Of a DNA stretch of 64,000 nt, positions 11,131 to 23,715 are shown one piece after another. Position numbers and translations under genes: made by a program. Position 1 is the first letter of the stretch. Every line of letters begins with the position of its first letter. Source of the stretch: Lophium mytilinum (taxonomy: Eukaryota). The DNA lies in the NCBI GenBank assembly GCA_010093605.1, contig MU004196.1:84606-148605 (forward strand). The letters are read 5' to 3'. The notes below the pieces were generated by a model. The model ran no database searches, was not told where the DNA came from, and was given only the letters and a program-made list of their open reading frames with translations.

Positions 11131-13432
11131 ATGGCGGACAATAAGAATGAGTTGAAGTAAGTAGGCATGACACTCTTGTGATGCATTATGAGCCCCAAAG
11201 AACATGCACTGACGAGCAATAATTTTAGGCGCGACCTGAGCCCTATGCAAATCCTTGTTAGTGCCCTTCGTCTCCTTAGGCCCTGACACTGGATACTGAC
11301 AACTGGGCTCAGATGATCACTGTCTCCGTGACAATCGGGGTTGGGTTCTTTGTGAGCACTGGAGAGATCCTGGCTATTGCGGGCCCGATGGGAACGTTTC
11401 TCGCGTTCTTCCTCGTCGGTCTCATCGCATGGAGCATGATGGAAGGACTCGCCCACATGACTATAATGTGGCCGGTACCCAACCCAATGGTCGAGTTTCC
11501 GGCTACTTTTGTTGATAAAGATCTGGGTACGGTTGTTTGCTTCGCGTATTGGTGCGTTATTAGGCTCCAACTTATAGGCGACACTTGCTGATACAAAGTT
11601 TCGGATTGTAGGTACTCAACCGCAATTAGCATAGCAGCGGTGACAACGACGGCGGGAGATATCTTCCAGTATTGGAAAGGAGGAGAGAAGGGTGATGCTA
11701 GTAAAGTCTTGATCTTCTTACTATTTCCGGTTCTAGTCTTTCTTCTCAACTACAACAATGTCAAGGTATTTGAATAACCTTGCCGAGAGTTTTTGATGGG
11801 CTCCTGCTGACGGTTTTAAGCTATTTGGAGGGATTGAGACGGTTGGAGGGATGATCAAGTCGTTTATTGTAGTATTGGTATATTGGACCATGTTTTTCAT
11901 TGACTGGGGAGGTCGGTGAACGATTCCATTAATCAAGGTCAAATATTTAAGCTAACTTACGAGTACTCAGTTGGTCCTGGAAATGGAAATCACTCAGAAT
12001 GTGAGTGCACCGGACCGTCAGAAAGAAACATTCCCGCTAATGCTCCACTTCAGGCGTAAAGGATGGTTTCCAGAACGACCATAGGGCAGTTGCGGGGAAT
12101 TCTGGGACAGTGTGAGTTCCCATGTGGCCTAAGCAGCAATGGACATCTCTCACCAGCTCTAATAGTCTTGCCCTGAGCTTGGCCGTATTTCCTTACACGG
12201 GCATTGAGTCATTTACTCTGACAGCATTCGAAGCCAAGGATCAAAACTCTCTCCGGCGTCCCGCCAAGCTCATCGCACCAATTGTGATGCTCCTGTACCT
12301 ACTTAGTGTTCTCGGCTTCGTACTCAACGTGGACTGGAGAAACGGGTCCCTGCCGGCATATTACAGCCAGTGGACCAACACGGACGCAAGTGAAGCGTAC
12401 GATTGTCAGCACGATCGCCGCGATTTAATCGGAGATACAACAACGGGCGCGGAAAAAGGCGATACTATCATACCAGTCATTGCGTTAGACCAGGCTGGGC
12501 TCCCGGGGTACGCAGGCTTTATCAATGCTTGTCTGTTCTATTCAGCATTGAGCATGGCCAATTCCTTGTTATTCGTAGCATCACGGACGCTTTATGGGTA
12601 TGGCCGCAGCTTCAACAGCCACAGCTTCAACCAACCCAACCTCAACAGCCCCAGCCTCAACGGCCCCGACCAGCCCAATGCCCCGCAAGCCAAACACACG
12701 CCCTACACGCGCTCATGGCCGGCGAGAATCGCCTCAAAGTTCGGCCATGTGAACAGCTTCAAGGTCCCGACCGCCGCGCTGTTCGCCTCGCTTTTCTTTG
12801 CGTGGACGCCATTCCTCTCCCTAGGAGATGTTCCTCATTTGCGCAGCACACAGCAGGTGCTAATCAACATCGGCTCCACGAGCTGTGTGATAGTGTGGGC
12901 CGCCCAAAGTCTCGCGTACCTCCGCATGTACTACTCGTTCAAAAAACACCCCGCACTGTTTGGTATAGCGGACATGAAGGAATATGACGTCCTGAATAAA
13001 ACGAAAAACTCGAGTTACCTGGGATGCTTGCAGCCCGGACTTGCGTGGTTCTCTTTATTTTCTTGCCTCGTCATCGTCCTCCTCTTTGCGAGTGCTGGTC
13101 TATGGAACAGCCAAGGCAATATAGCACTCAAGGCTGTGAATATCTACCTCGGACCACTCCTGTGCGCAGCTCTGTATGGTGGTTTGAAACTCAAACATGG
13201 CTACATGGCGCACGGGATTACAGGATGCTTCCGTGGATGGGGACATGGATGGGCCAGGTGTACGAGTGAGCACGACGTCAAGACAATAATCCGCAAACTG
13301 GAAGATAAAAGTTTTCTGACTGTGGATCGGGAGCTTGAAAGCCAGATTAGGCCTGCCAACGCTATTGAGAATGCTCAAGCAGATACAGACACTCAAGCAA
13401 GTGGGAATGCTCGAGAAAACGAAGTTCATTAA
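11131..13432 (+). CDS. Amino-acid permease (APC superfamily, YAT-like), divergent, multi-exon
   Basis: MADNKNELK|RDLSPMQIL|MITVSVTIGVGFFVSTGEILAIAGP, FVDKDLGTVVCFAYW, FPYTGIESFTLTAFEAK, NSLLFVASRTLYG, KVPTAAL. Many hydrophobic segments and several short introns between 11157 and ~12165. Confidence 0.85.
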
Positions 13433-14264
13433 GAACATGGGCACGTTCAAGCAAATAGAGACGCTAAGGGAGATGAAAGTGCTTCCCCTAATGGAGATGA
13501 TCGGGAAAACGGCACTGTTGGCGAATGAAGCTGTTCGTGATCACCAAATACGGCACGCCTCATGAGTGGATTTCCTTGCTCGTTTGTAGGCTTTACGGAA
13601 CGAACGATTGGTTGTCTTTGTTATGTCATATCAATTCACAAACCTTGACAAGACCTTGAAACATATTGATGCGGTACTGAACTCACCCAACGTTGCCGCC
13701 CTCGTTACCGTGTTGATGATATAGGCATTGGACACATCCCCATAGATAGTGACTCTCCGTTTCAGTGTTGAGGTTTGAGGCGTGGCGCTTACTCTTAAGC
13801 TGTTGCTAAGTGTCGTTTTGATGCTGTTATTGCAGAAACAACGTCCAGTTGACATCATGTGATGAGCCCGCGAGTCCCATTTTAGATTAGTGGCATTCAG
13901 AAACCTAAATTCTTCTGACGCAACTTCAACCCCGATTCAACCTCACAAAAGTCTGGATTATCTCTATAAGACTACAAATCCTACTCCCCTAATACCCCAC
14001 GCCCTTTTCCTGTATCACAACCTTCAGACATAGATCTCCCAACCCCCGCGGACTCACCGGCGACATATTTTTCTTTCTCCCGCAACCCCACCACCCCACT
14101 ACCATTACGAAGCTACAAACTTTCGGGGAACCTTCACCTGAGCACGAACCGAACATTCAACACTCAAAAAACTACGCTCTCTATACCGGAATTGCCGCGC
14201 CTTCCCAACCCCGCGACAATCGCACCCCCAACTATACCTCAACCGCTCTCGACAACCCCCCATA

Positions 14265-15659
14265 ATGTCCCAACCCCCCGCGCCCCCTCCTCTACCAACC
14301 CGCTCCCACACCCTCTCCCACCTCGCAACCTGCACGCCCCCCTCTCCCGCGCGCACCTGGCAGACCGCGCCACACCCACACCTCCCGCTCCTCGCCACCG
14401 CCTGCGCCGACCGCACAGTCCGCGTCTACTCCCTCTCCCACTTCACACTCCAAACCACCATCGGCGGCGGACACAAGCGCTCCGTGCGCGCGCTGGCCTG
14501 GAAGCCCATGTCACGAGGGCAGAGCACGCTCGCGACGGGGAGTTTCGACGCGTCCGCGGGGATATGGCGGAAGTGGGAGAGCGGGGGTGGGGACGCTGCC
14601 CACGACTACACAAACCTAAACCCCGGAGGCAAGGGGGATGATGATGATGATGATGATGGCGGTGACGGCGATGGGGACGAGGAATACAATTTCGCGAGTA
14701 TCTTAGACGGGCACGACTCCGAGATTAAGAGCGTGGCGTGGAGCGCGTCAGGCCAGTACCTCGCGACGTGCTCGCGGGACAAGAGCGTGTGGATCTGGGA
14801 GGAGCTGGAGGACGAGGACTCGTTTGAGACGGTGGCGGTGCTGCAGGAGCATGAGGCGGATGTGAAGTGTGTCGCGTGGCACCCCGAGAGCGATGTGCTG
14901 GCGAGTGGGAGCTATGATGATACGGTGAGGGTGTATCGGGAGGATGTGGATGATTGGGTGCAGGTGGCGCAGATGGGGGGGCATGGGAAGACGGTGTGGT
15001 GGGTGGAGTTTGAGGGGAGTGGGATGGGGAGGGTGTTGGAGGCTGGGGTGGAGGAGAATGGGGAGAGGAGGGCGGTGTTGGAAGAGAGGGAGAGGGCGGG
15101 GCCAAGGTTGTTGTCGGCGAGTGATGATTGCACGGTTAGGATTTGGAGGAAGGTGGTGAAGGATGAGGAGGGCGGTGGACAGACCGCTGGGGGCGTGCCG
15201 AGTATTTTCAGGAAGAGCATCGAGGAGGAATGGGTCACGGAGGCGGTTCTGCCGCTCAGACACGATAGGGCGATCTATGCGGCGTCGTGGAGTCGGCGGT
15301 CGGGCATGATTGTTAGTACCGGGAGTGATGGCCGCATTGTGGTATATAAAGAACAGTGGAGGGCTGCTGTACCCAACGGAGTCGAAGAGGAGGCTACCGC
15401 AGGTGGAGATCAAGAGATGGCCAACGGCGAAGGAACTGCTGCAAAGTCTAAGGACGAGACAGCATCGTTAACAGAGTGGGTTGTCGTTGCGGAGATCGAG
15501 GGCGCGCACGACGTCTTCGAAATCAACCACGTTTGCTGGGCAAAGAGATATGACAAGGGCAAGAGGAACGAAGACGAAGAAGTCATCGTCAGCACCGGTG
15601 ACGACGGCGAGGTCAAGATATGGACACTGGAAGAAGTGAGTAGCAGCGGCGGTGCTTGA
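14265..15659 (+). CDS. CIA1: Cytosolic Fe-S assembly WD40 protein Cia1
   Basis: GHKRSVR..AW, LATGSFDA, LDGHDSEIKSVAWS.SGQYLATCSRDKSVWIWE, LQEHEADVKCVAWHP, AHDVFEINHVCW. Confidence 0.93.
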   Translation: MSQPPAPPPLPTRSHTLSHLATCTPPSPARTWQTAPHPHLPLLATACADRTVRVYSLSHFTLQTTIGGGHKRSVRALAWKPMSRGQSTLATGSFDASAGIWRKWESGGGDAAHDYTNLNPGGKGDDDDDDDGGDGDGDEEYNFASILDGHDSEIKSVAWSASGQYLATCSRDKSVWIWEELEDEDSFETVAVLQEHEADVKCVAWHPESDVLASGSYDDTVRVYREDVDDWVQVAQMGGHGKTVWWVEFEGSGMGRVLEAGVEENGERRAVLEERERAGPRLLSASDDCTVRIWRKVVKDEEGGGQTAGGVPSIFRKSIEEEWVTEAVLPLRHDRAIYAASWSRRSGMIVSTGSDGRIVVYKEQWRAAVPNGVEEEATAGGDQEMANGEGTAAKSKDETASLTEWVVVAEIEGAHDVFEINHVCWAKRYDKGKRNEDEEVIVSTGDDGEVKIWTLEEVSSSGGA

Positions 15660-16328
15660 AAGAGCCGTATCATATCGCGTCACACCCTACAGCACAGATG
15701 CAAGTCGGAGCCGATCTATAAAGGTTGAAATGAATTGGATTACCTCTCAGAAGTATTCAATCTATCTGCCTTAGAAGCTATGCCCGGCTTCGCCCTCACA
15801 GGCGACCTTAAACGCCAGTCCAGCCCTCTTCTCAGAAAGAGCAAATACCTCATACCCAATAAGAATAAGAATCAATCCAAAGCCAAGTCCCGTTCTCGGG
15901 CCCCTCGAACTGTATCCAAAAAAGTAACCCTCTGCCCCAGAAAATGCTCCTCGCCATGCAATCTGCGAAAATGCTAAAAGGACCCAAAAAGCAGAGAGGA
16001 GGAGAGGAGCACAGGAAGATATTGTAGCGAGTGTTATCCAACCAAAGCCCATCCCAAGCCGTCCCTCAAAAACCAAAAATAAAACTGAAGAGAGGTAACG
16101 AAGCAAGAAACGCCCAAACCTCCATCACTCCAGGCACCGGGTACGCCACTAGTGAAATAATGCTGAAGAAAGGGTGGTCGCATATACCAACGTATTTTGA
16201 TGCTGAAGACTGTGGGTAATGTACAAGGTGGTATCAGTATCAGTCTAACTCATCAAAGGCGTCGGTCGGTCAGGTCAGTGCGAACGTAATCTCGAACAAG
16301 GCATAACAGAAAAGGAAAAAGGGCTAAT

Positions 16329-18513
16329 TCAGTCCAGAGTCGAAGCGCCCGGGGCCTGGCTCGCCAACGGCCGCGTGCCAGCTCGGGGATCGGCCGCCGG
16401 AGATGTACTCTCGGTGCCCGAAACCGGCGTGCATGTTGCGTCGTGGATGTGGATGGCTTCCCCGGGCGTGCTCTGCCGCTTCGTGCAGAGCTCGGCGGTG
16501 GTTCCGCATACTTCGCTGGCGGAGAGGAGCTCCGGCTCCTCGGGTCGGACGTATACGATGGGTCCCCATACTCGCCAGTGCAGGACGGCGATGTGGGTGA
16601 AGCGTTGTGCGATGTCTGTGATGCGGTCGGCAGGTAGTGAGACCGCGTCATCTCCTGCGAGCTGTTGCCCGGAGAGACTCGCTTGCGAAGGAGGAGGTGG
16701 GGGAGGCGTGGAGGGGGAAACGAGCGAGTTGAAGAGGTCCATTGGGGACGCGTGGAGGTGGCTGGTTGCACAGTCCAGGATTTCGGGTAGGAGCACGCTC
16801 TCGAGGCGGGCGGCGTGGGGGAAAAATGTTCTGGGGCAGTGCGAAAACAGCATTTGGTGAAGCTTCTCGTCTGCTTCTCGCACTAGGGAGGCATCGTAGG
16901 TGTGGGAGTATCCGCAGATTTTGAGGGCGTGTCGAACGAGCTCGACGGATATGTTCTCGCGATTCATATACCACTGCCGGCTGCTGAAGCAGGCTCCTTC
17001 CCCTAGTACAGAGAAGATGGAATTTCGAAGAGCTTGCCTGTCGTTTGGAGAGACCGACACGCGGTGGTCTATCATAACCAATAGTTCGCCGAGTATTTCG
17101 TTGCAAATTTCGAAATACACTATGTCGTGCACTTCCGATTTCAGTGTCCGTAATCGGTCGTGGTCTAGGTAGAATGTCTCCGGCATTTCGACGCGAGGGT
17201 CATTTGTGAGGAGAAGCCCGAGCAAGGCACGTATAAAGATCTCAAACTGTGCACGCTGCGGGGTCTTCTGGTGGAAGCTTTGTGGTACGATTTGTCTAAA
17301 TCTTTGACCTTCGTACGCGTACCACGCTTGTGCTTCTTCGACGTGGATTCGACCTCGCTCGATTCTTGAGAGGTGGAATTTTTGTTCGAAGTTGATGGTA
17401 TCTTCGATTAGCAAAGCGCGAAGATTCCTTATCTGATGATTTGCAACATCCTGTGCTTGTCAGTATAGTCAAATAATCGGGGTAATCTGTACGTACCAGC
17501 TTCATAGCTTCCAGTATTCCAAGCAGCTCACGGAGCCCCTTAACAATGGACGACCAACTCGGAGTATGTGCCCCTATTCTGGTGGACTCGACCATCTTAT
17601 CCACCCACTCGTCCCGCATTGGCGCACAATGCTCTTTGAGCAGATGCGCCAACCACTCCGACAGCTTCACCAAATCACAGACGCCCTTCTCCACGCGTTG
17701 CATCAGCATCGCCACATCTAGGTTCTCCTCGACTCTTGCTTGATCCCGTTCCGGCACCAAGTTCCTAAGGATTTCTTGGATAGTCCCGAACATCAGAGGT
17801 ATCCGCTTCTGACTCGCAGCAGCAAGCGCCTGCCATGTCGGACTCTTCAAGTCACGAGAAGCGCTCCCTTGGAAAAGGAATGCATACAGTTCTAATTCCG
17901 CAGTCAGAGCGTTCCAGTACTTCTTCGCGGCCTTCAGCTTCTCCTGACCCTTTGCGCCATCCAGATTGGGCCGGAATGATAAGTCGCGATCGAAATTGAC
18001 GTCGTGCCGTAGCTTGATGTTATTGATGATGTTGTGGATGTCGAGTTCGCTCAGCGATTGCTTTGTGATGGGTGGGAATAACCCAGCGTTCAAGAATGCG
18101 TCCGCCAATTTCTCTCCCTCGGGCTGTGGAACCATCCCCGCAATCAAGTCCGCCAGCTGCCGGTCGTCGGAGAGGTGTAATGTGTCCATGTTCGGTATGA
18201 TGTCTTCATGTTCTGTTGAAGAGTGCTCTCTTTTTATCGTTTCGATTGAGTGTACGGTGTGCAGTTCCCCGTTTGGTGTTGGTACCGGCCCATTGTATTC
18301 CGCCCTGTAGGGTTCCGGCGCGACGACCCTCCTACTCGGCTCGACTCCTGCAGTGTGCACAGGTGTATGAGCGACCGCGGGGACATTCAATAGGTCCGCA
18401 GCCCCATAGTTGACGGAATTGCTGCGGACTGGTGGCGTGCGAGAGCTCATGGTGGACTTTGTTCGAGTGCTCTGCCTCTTGCGATCTAGCGTACGCCGGT
18501 TGCTGGCCTTCAT
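16329..18513 (-). CDS. SOK1: Sok1-like T-complex 11 domain protein
   Basis: PPITKQSLSELD, KLRHDVNFD..L.FRPNLDG.KG..K, HCAPMRD, ILEAMKL|DVANHQIR (intron 17496-17451), PETFYLDHDRL. Confidence 0.88.
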
Positions 18514-20713
18514 GGACTGTCGACCAGCGGGGGTTGGGTGAGAATCGGCGGGCCAGAAAACGGGCTAAACGAGCAGACGGGGGGGATTATGGCTTGTGAT
18601 ATGCGTGATAAGCGCGAACGGCCCGGAGAGTGCAGGAAATGACTACGAACTGTCTCAGGTCAGTCAAACCGTACAAGCTGGAGTTTGCGAGGAGGCACAG
18701 GCGAAGGGCAAGAAACGTGTCGATGGGCAGTTTGACGACGCGGGTAGCTGCATTGCATGAACCAGAGGACAAACCAGAGATTGGCCGGCCGAGTCAGACA
18801 ATCAACGCACGTCGACGGAGGCTTTGGCTTGGATTTTTCATGGGTGTCGACGGAAGGGAGGGGGAGGGAAGGCCTACGGTCTAAGATACATGGCGAGATA
18901 CAAAGGAATGAACGGGTGACGTTTGCGGAAGGACCAAGATGCGCCCACGGCGACCAAGCAACAAGATGACAGAAGTTATGAGGGGCTAGACGTCTCGACG
19001 ACTGTCGGGAGGCTTTGTGCTGCTTCGGAAGGGGATGTAAGGTGAGGAATTTGCCCTTTTGTGCAATATTAAATGCGCCACACAGAAAATCCGGAGACGT
19101 GGATTCGCCAGATAGATATTGCAAGACGAAGAAAGCCAGGGCGCTCTTAAAAGCACTGACACGAGAGACAAAACGCAACTGTAAGATCACCGCTAGGGAT
19201 CATTGCATGGCCTCACCTCTGCCCAGACCATCCTACGATCCCGTAGAGCCGCCCGCCCTGCAAAAGGGACCGGCAGCTTCGGGGCCTGACTGGAGCTCAC
19301 CGCTCTGGAGGCGTTGCCTGGAGAGCCGGGTTGGTGCTTGAAGGCACCACAGCTTCGAGTGCATTGTGTTGAGGTGATGGAATCTAGAGCATCCAATGCG
19401 AGCATGCAGCTCGAGAACCGCTTCGCTGCCAGCGGCTCACGCAAGCGAAATTGGTGAGCTGGAAGCAATAATGGCGGCAATCCTGGCGGGCGCCATGCAA
19501 GCCCCTGTCTGAGTCGGTGACCACAACGAAAAGTGAGGCTGACGAGCTTTTTTTACGACGCGGGCGGGCAAAGCGTTGAGTCGAATTGTAAGGCTGTCGA
19601 GCGTCCGGGAAAAGCAAGTCCGCGTACGCCCACGCAGGGCCTTGTAGCGTACGAAAGTAAGACGTGGAGACATGCAGTCGACGAGCATGCCTCTGGCTGA
19701 AGACTGCTGTCAAAGTATCGTGTCAGTACTCCACGTGTGTTGAGTGGACGCCGTGCAGCCTTGCAAAGCGTCTAGTGTGGACGCCGCAGCAACACCAGGA
19801 CCCCCCGTATCGTGACATTGATGTCGTCGTCATACAGGCTCAGCCGTAGCTGCAATCACCGCACCCGAGAGACAAGCAGGCTTCGGCCGGCAGTACGCGG
19901 GTGCTGGTCAGCGCGGGTGCTTCGTGCATGGTCGACTCCGTGTCGTCAAACCACCACGGGTGGTCGGCCCTTGGACAAACCGAGCGAGGCGACGATGATC
20001 GAGGGCGGCGAGGCGAGTGGTGTGGAGGAACATCCAAAGGTCAGATCACTATAGAGCTATCAAAAAAGGAAGGGCAACGAGTGAGCGTGATGCTCGGGGC
20101 GAGTGGATACCTTATATGCTGGGGATGCCAGTAGGAGTAATAGTGCGACACCTTCGACACCCTGAGGCTTCAAAATGGAGCTGTCGATCACGCACAGACG
20201 GAGAGCAAAGTAATGGGGCAGGGTGTCCGCGTTGCTCTAAATAGCTAATGGAAGAAGGCAATAGGCTCCCCATCTCGTTCGCCCTGTTGCCTGGGACCAG
20301 ATGTACCGAGAACCAATCTACGTGATAAATGCTCGTGAATGGCCACACTTCAGCAAGGCGGTCGACCCACCCCCTGACGGCACACTTTAATTCGACCTCC
20401 ATAGCAGGTCCGCTATGGACATGTGATCTGGCAGAATGGCCAGTACGTTTCAGAATGTAGATCTTCGAAAGCGGCGTCGCCGATTTCTAGAAGACCCCGT
20501 TGATCTGGATGACACGCTCCAGATGCAAATCCTCCGATGCCAAACCAGCATTCTGGGATTTAGCTCCTCTGACAGCCTCACTGTATGTCACAGCGCGAAA
20601 GATTCACTCCAGCAGTTCCATCTGCCAACTCACTGCAAGGGCAATTTACTCCGAATCGAGTTCATCCGTAGGCCTGACATCAGACATGATCATATTTCCC
20701 TCGGGAATTTTGC

Positions 20714-20841
20714 TTGTAGGTTGAGGAACAACTGGCTCGTAGCTTGAAGAGCAACTGGTTCGTAAGTTGAAGAACAAAAAGCTCGTAGGTTGAAGAACAA
20801 CTAGGCTCGTAGGTTGAAGAACAAAAAGCTCGCAGGTCGAA
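20714..20841. repeat. Minisatellite, ~23-bp unit (AACAACTGGCTCGTAGGTTGAAG), about 5 copies
   Basis: Degenerate tandem copies seen directly, without unique spacers. Confidence 0.8.
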
Positions 20842-20908
20842 GGACAGCTTGCGTGCAGATTAAACAAGTCCATCCCATACCCCATACCCCATACCCCCTC
20901 CCACCCCC

Positions 20909-21154
20909 CTACCAACCCCCCCTAGCCCACCTCCCCCTCCTCACCCTCAACCGCTCCCCCCTATGCCTCTCCCCCCTAATCTGCCGACACATCCCACACT
21001 CCCCCCTCACAACCATCGTCCTCGACCTACGAAACCCGGGCCCACACGCCCGAACCGGCCGCTGACACAGCGCCTTCGCGCACGGCTGCTGGTACGGCGG
21101 GTACGGCAGCGGCGGACACCCGCAGCCGAAGACGGCGAAGAAGATGGCGCACAT
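20909..21154 (-). CDS. Small Cys-rich putative Zn-binding protein (81 aa)
   Basis: MC..F..FGCGC...C...C......C...ECGMC pattern followed by an Arg-rich tail; starts at a true ATG. Confidence 0.45.
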   Translation of the reverse strand: MCAIFFAVFGCGCPPLPYPPYQQPCAKALCQRPVRACGPGFRRSRTMVVRGECGMCRQIRGERHRGERLRVRRGRWARGGW

Positions 21155-22187
21155 TCTCGCTGATGAGAGACGGTAGTAGCCGCTGGCGGTGACGTTTAGG
21201 CGTTGCAGTAAGTTGCTGAAGTGTAGTGTGGTGGCTGGATCGGAGTGTGCTTGACGTATTCTAAGTGAGTGAGGTAGGTGAGTGAGGTAGGTATGTAGGA
21301 CGAAACTTCTGCTCTTCGTCGCTAGGAGCCCGTGAGATGCTTTGCTTGCTGCTAAGCTATGCTGCTTTTCTCCGTACGAACGACGACGACGACGACGTTG
21401 AATAGGTAACGTAAAGCGTCAGTCTTGCCTGTCTTAGTCTTTACCGGTGGTCTGCAAAGCAGCACGATGGCTTTATCGTAGCGTGTCTCAACCCCTACTC
21501 TTGTTCACGAACGAACACTAGTCCAGCAGAAAGCGATCGATCTTAGCGATCTAAGTAGGCAGGGCCGGCACCTTACTAATAAAGAAACGCCCGCCCCCAA
21601 ACAACCGACCCCGATTGCTTTATCGGACAATTCATCATCTCGAACAACTGGCAATGCGCAAAACACACAGCACCACCGCTGGGGAAATCAGAGGCATTGA
21701 GGAGGGAGGATATGAGTAGCAAGCAAGACAGCCCCAACGCGTTCAGCACTGACATATAATGAAGCGATGAGATGGAAACAACGTCATTGAAGAAACACGT
21801 TTTGTATTACAATAGTCGTAAGGTAAAGGGAACACCGCAGCTCCGCGCGCCACCGCATCGCATCTCGTTGTCAGATAAGCGTAGGATGCGGCGAAAGAGT
21901 AGAGCGGGCCGAACGGCAGAGCGGTCGTTTGCTTGCGTGCTACTCTCTTGTACTAGGTACGAGCAGCACACACCCCAACGGCACACCAAAGAGAGCCTAG
22001 CAAAGAAGCGAGCATTCTGATTCATGTTTTCCTATGCCTGATTTTTGAGGCTGGGTCAAAGAGGAAGAGCGGGCTGAGGGGCGCACAAAGGTGGTTGAAA
22101 GATAGCATCTGGACCGAATGATATGACGTTTACAAACCCAGCATGGCGTTACGCGACAGCTTGAAAACACAGCGACAAATAGGGCAC

Positions 22188-23715
22188 TTATTGCGCCGGA
22201 TCCTCCATCTGGGCATCGGCGGGCTCGACGTGTTTGCCCTTCCGGCCTCGCGACTGTGCGCGCGATGGCTCCTTGATGCTTCGCTCGTCTGAGCTCCCTT
22301 CGCCGCTCTCCGGGCTGTCCGGTCGGCTGTCGTTTAGATTACGACGGCTGCGGGCCATCTGCGTGCATGTCAGTAAAAGGCTCGCCATCATCATGCCACT
22401 GTGAGGCTATGGTTTTCGCTTACCCAAGATCGGACTCCTCCGATCAAACCGAGATTGTACCCGGCGGTGAAGTCGGATGACTCCCGTCCTCCAACCGATG
22501 ATGAGCCTCTTGGAACTTCCAAGTGGTTGAGGCGAGAAAGGGCAGACGGTGAGGCTGTAGTAAATGTGGGCGACTTTGCTCCATCTTCGGTCTTTTCCGT
22601 TGTTGGCGTTCGGGCAGGGCTGGCGGGCCTGCTGGACTGCCAAAACTGACGAAGGTCCTTGCCCAGCTCTTGACCGGTGGTAGTCCAGTTGGTTTTGATG
22701 CTGTCTCGTAGCTCGATCATGTTTCGCTTGATTTCGAGCTCGTTCTTCTTGAGCCATGAAACATTGAGTTCCTTACGAGAAGCTCCGCGTTTGAGTTGCC
22801 GGCTGATGTATTTGTCGTAGTCGCGTACAATCCTAAATGTGTCAGCCAAGCACCAATGCTGCTGCATTCGAGACTAACTTTGTGATTATGCCGGTCGTGC
22901 TGAGGCCTTCAGTTCTTTGGGTGACCAAGAACATGCCCTTCTCCTTGATTGGCCCGTAGATATCATCTCCCTCGTCGGCACCATATGGGATGTCGTCGTG
23001 GGCAACATAGTCGATCTTATGTAGCTCGATGAACTCCGGCGCGTCTGCAATAATCCACGGGCAGTCTTCTACGACCTCGTCGACCCATTTACAGTGTCGG
23101 ACGCTCTCCGCTCGCTCCTTAGCCGAGAGCACCGTGAGGCCCTTCCTGCGGTGAGTTTCCTTGTCACCGGTGACACCGACAATGAGATAGACATCCGGGA
23201 ACGCAGTCTTGGCTTGCTGAAGCTGGCGCATATGTCTGTAAGCTGCGGTTAGCTTGCGTGGCTCCATTGAAGCGGTCGAGCGGGATCGCGGCATACCCAA
23301 TGTGGAACAGATCGAAGACTCCATCCGCATAAATCCTGACGGGTCTTCCCTCTGGCGGTGGATTGGTAGTGTAGCCCACCGGGTCTACCAGCCCAGCCTT
23401 TGGAGGGTCCTCCATTCTCATCGTCCCGGCTTCACCACTCTCGCCATGGGCAGCTCTCTCCAATGCGGCCTGTTTCTCGCTGTCCTCGGAGGACGTCGAA
23501 TGCCTACTCTTCCGGCTTGCTCGCGATGCACTGCGCTCGGCCGTGCCATCCACAGCTCCAGCTCCATTCTCAGTCTTGCTAGACCTAGCTCGCTTCGTGG
23601 CTGTGACTTCTTGCAGTATTGGGTCCTCGGCATCCTCGCCGGAAGCGTCGCGGGAGGAGGGCTGCACGTCCATTTTCTGTACAGAGGAGATATTTCGCTT
23701 GCGTTTGGGCGGCAT
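22188..23715 (-). CDS. PCT1: Choline-phosphate cytidylyltransferase
   Basis: RPVRIYADGVFDLFHIG|HMRQLQQAK, HCKWVDEVV, DYVAHDDIPYG, TQRTEGLSTT, RQLKRGASRKELNVSWLK; three introns. Confidence 0.95.

Noticed and set aside
932..13432. Accessory block as a Starship element
   Set aside because: No tyrosine-recombinase captain gene and no element boundaries are visible.
14105..15683. Long Pro- or Gly-rich alternative-frame and antisense ORFs over CIA1 (similar ones over ADE13, CCZ1, AFG1, ECM33, MAG1)
   Set aside because: By-products of high GC3 and C/G skew in the real genes.
20714..20841. Repeat array as a CRISPR-like locus
   Set aside because: Units are directly tandem with no unique spacers, there are no cas genes and the context is eukaryotic.
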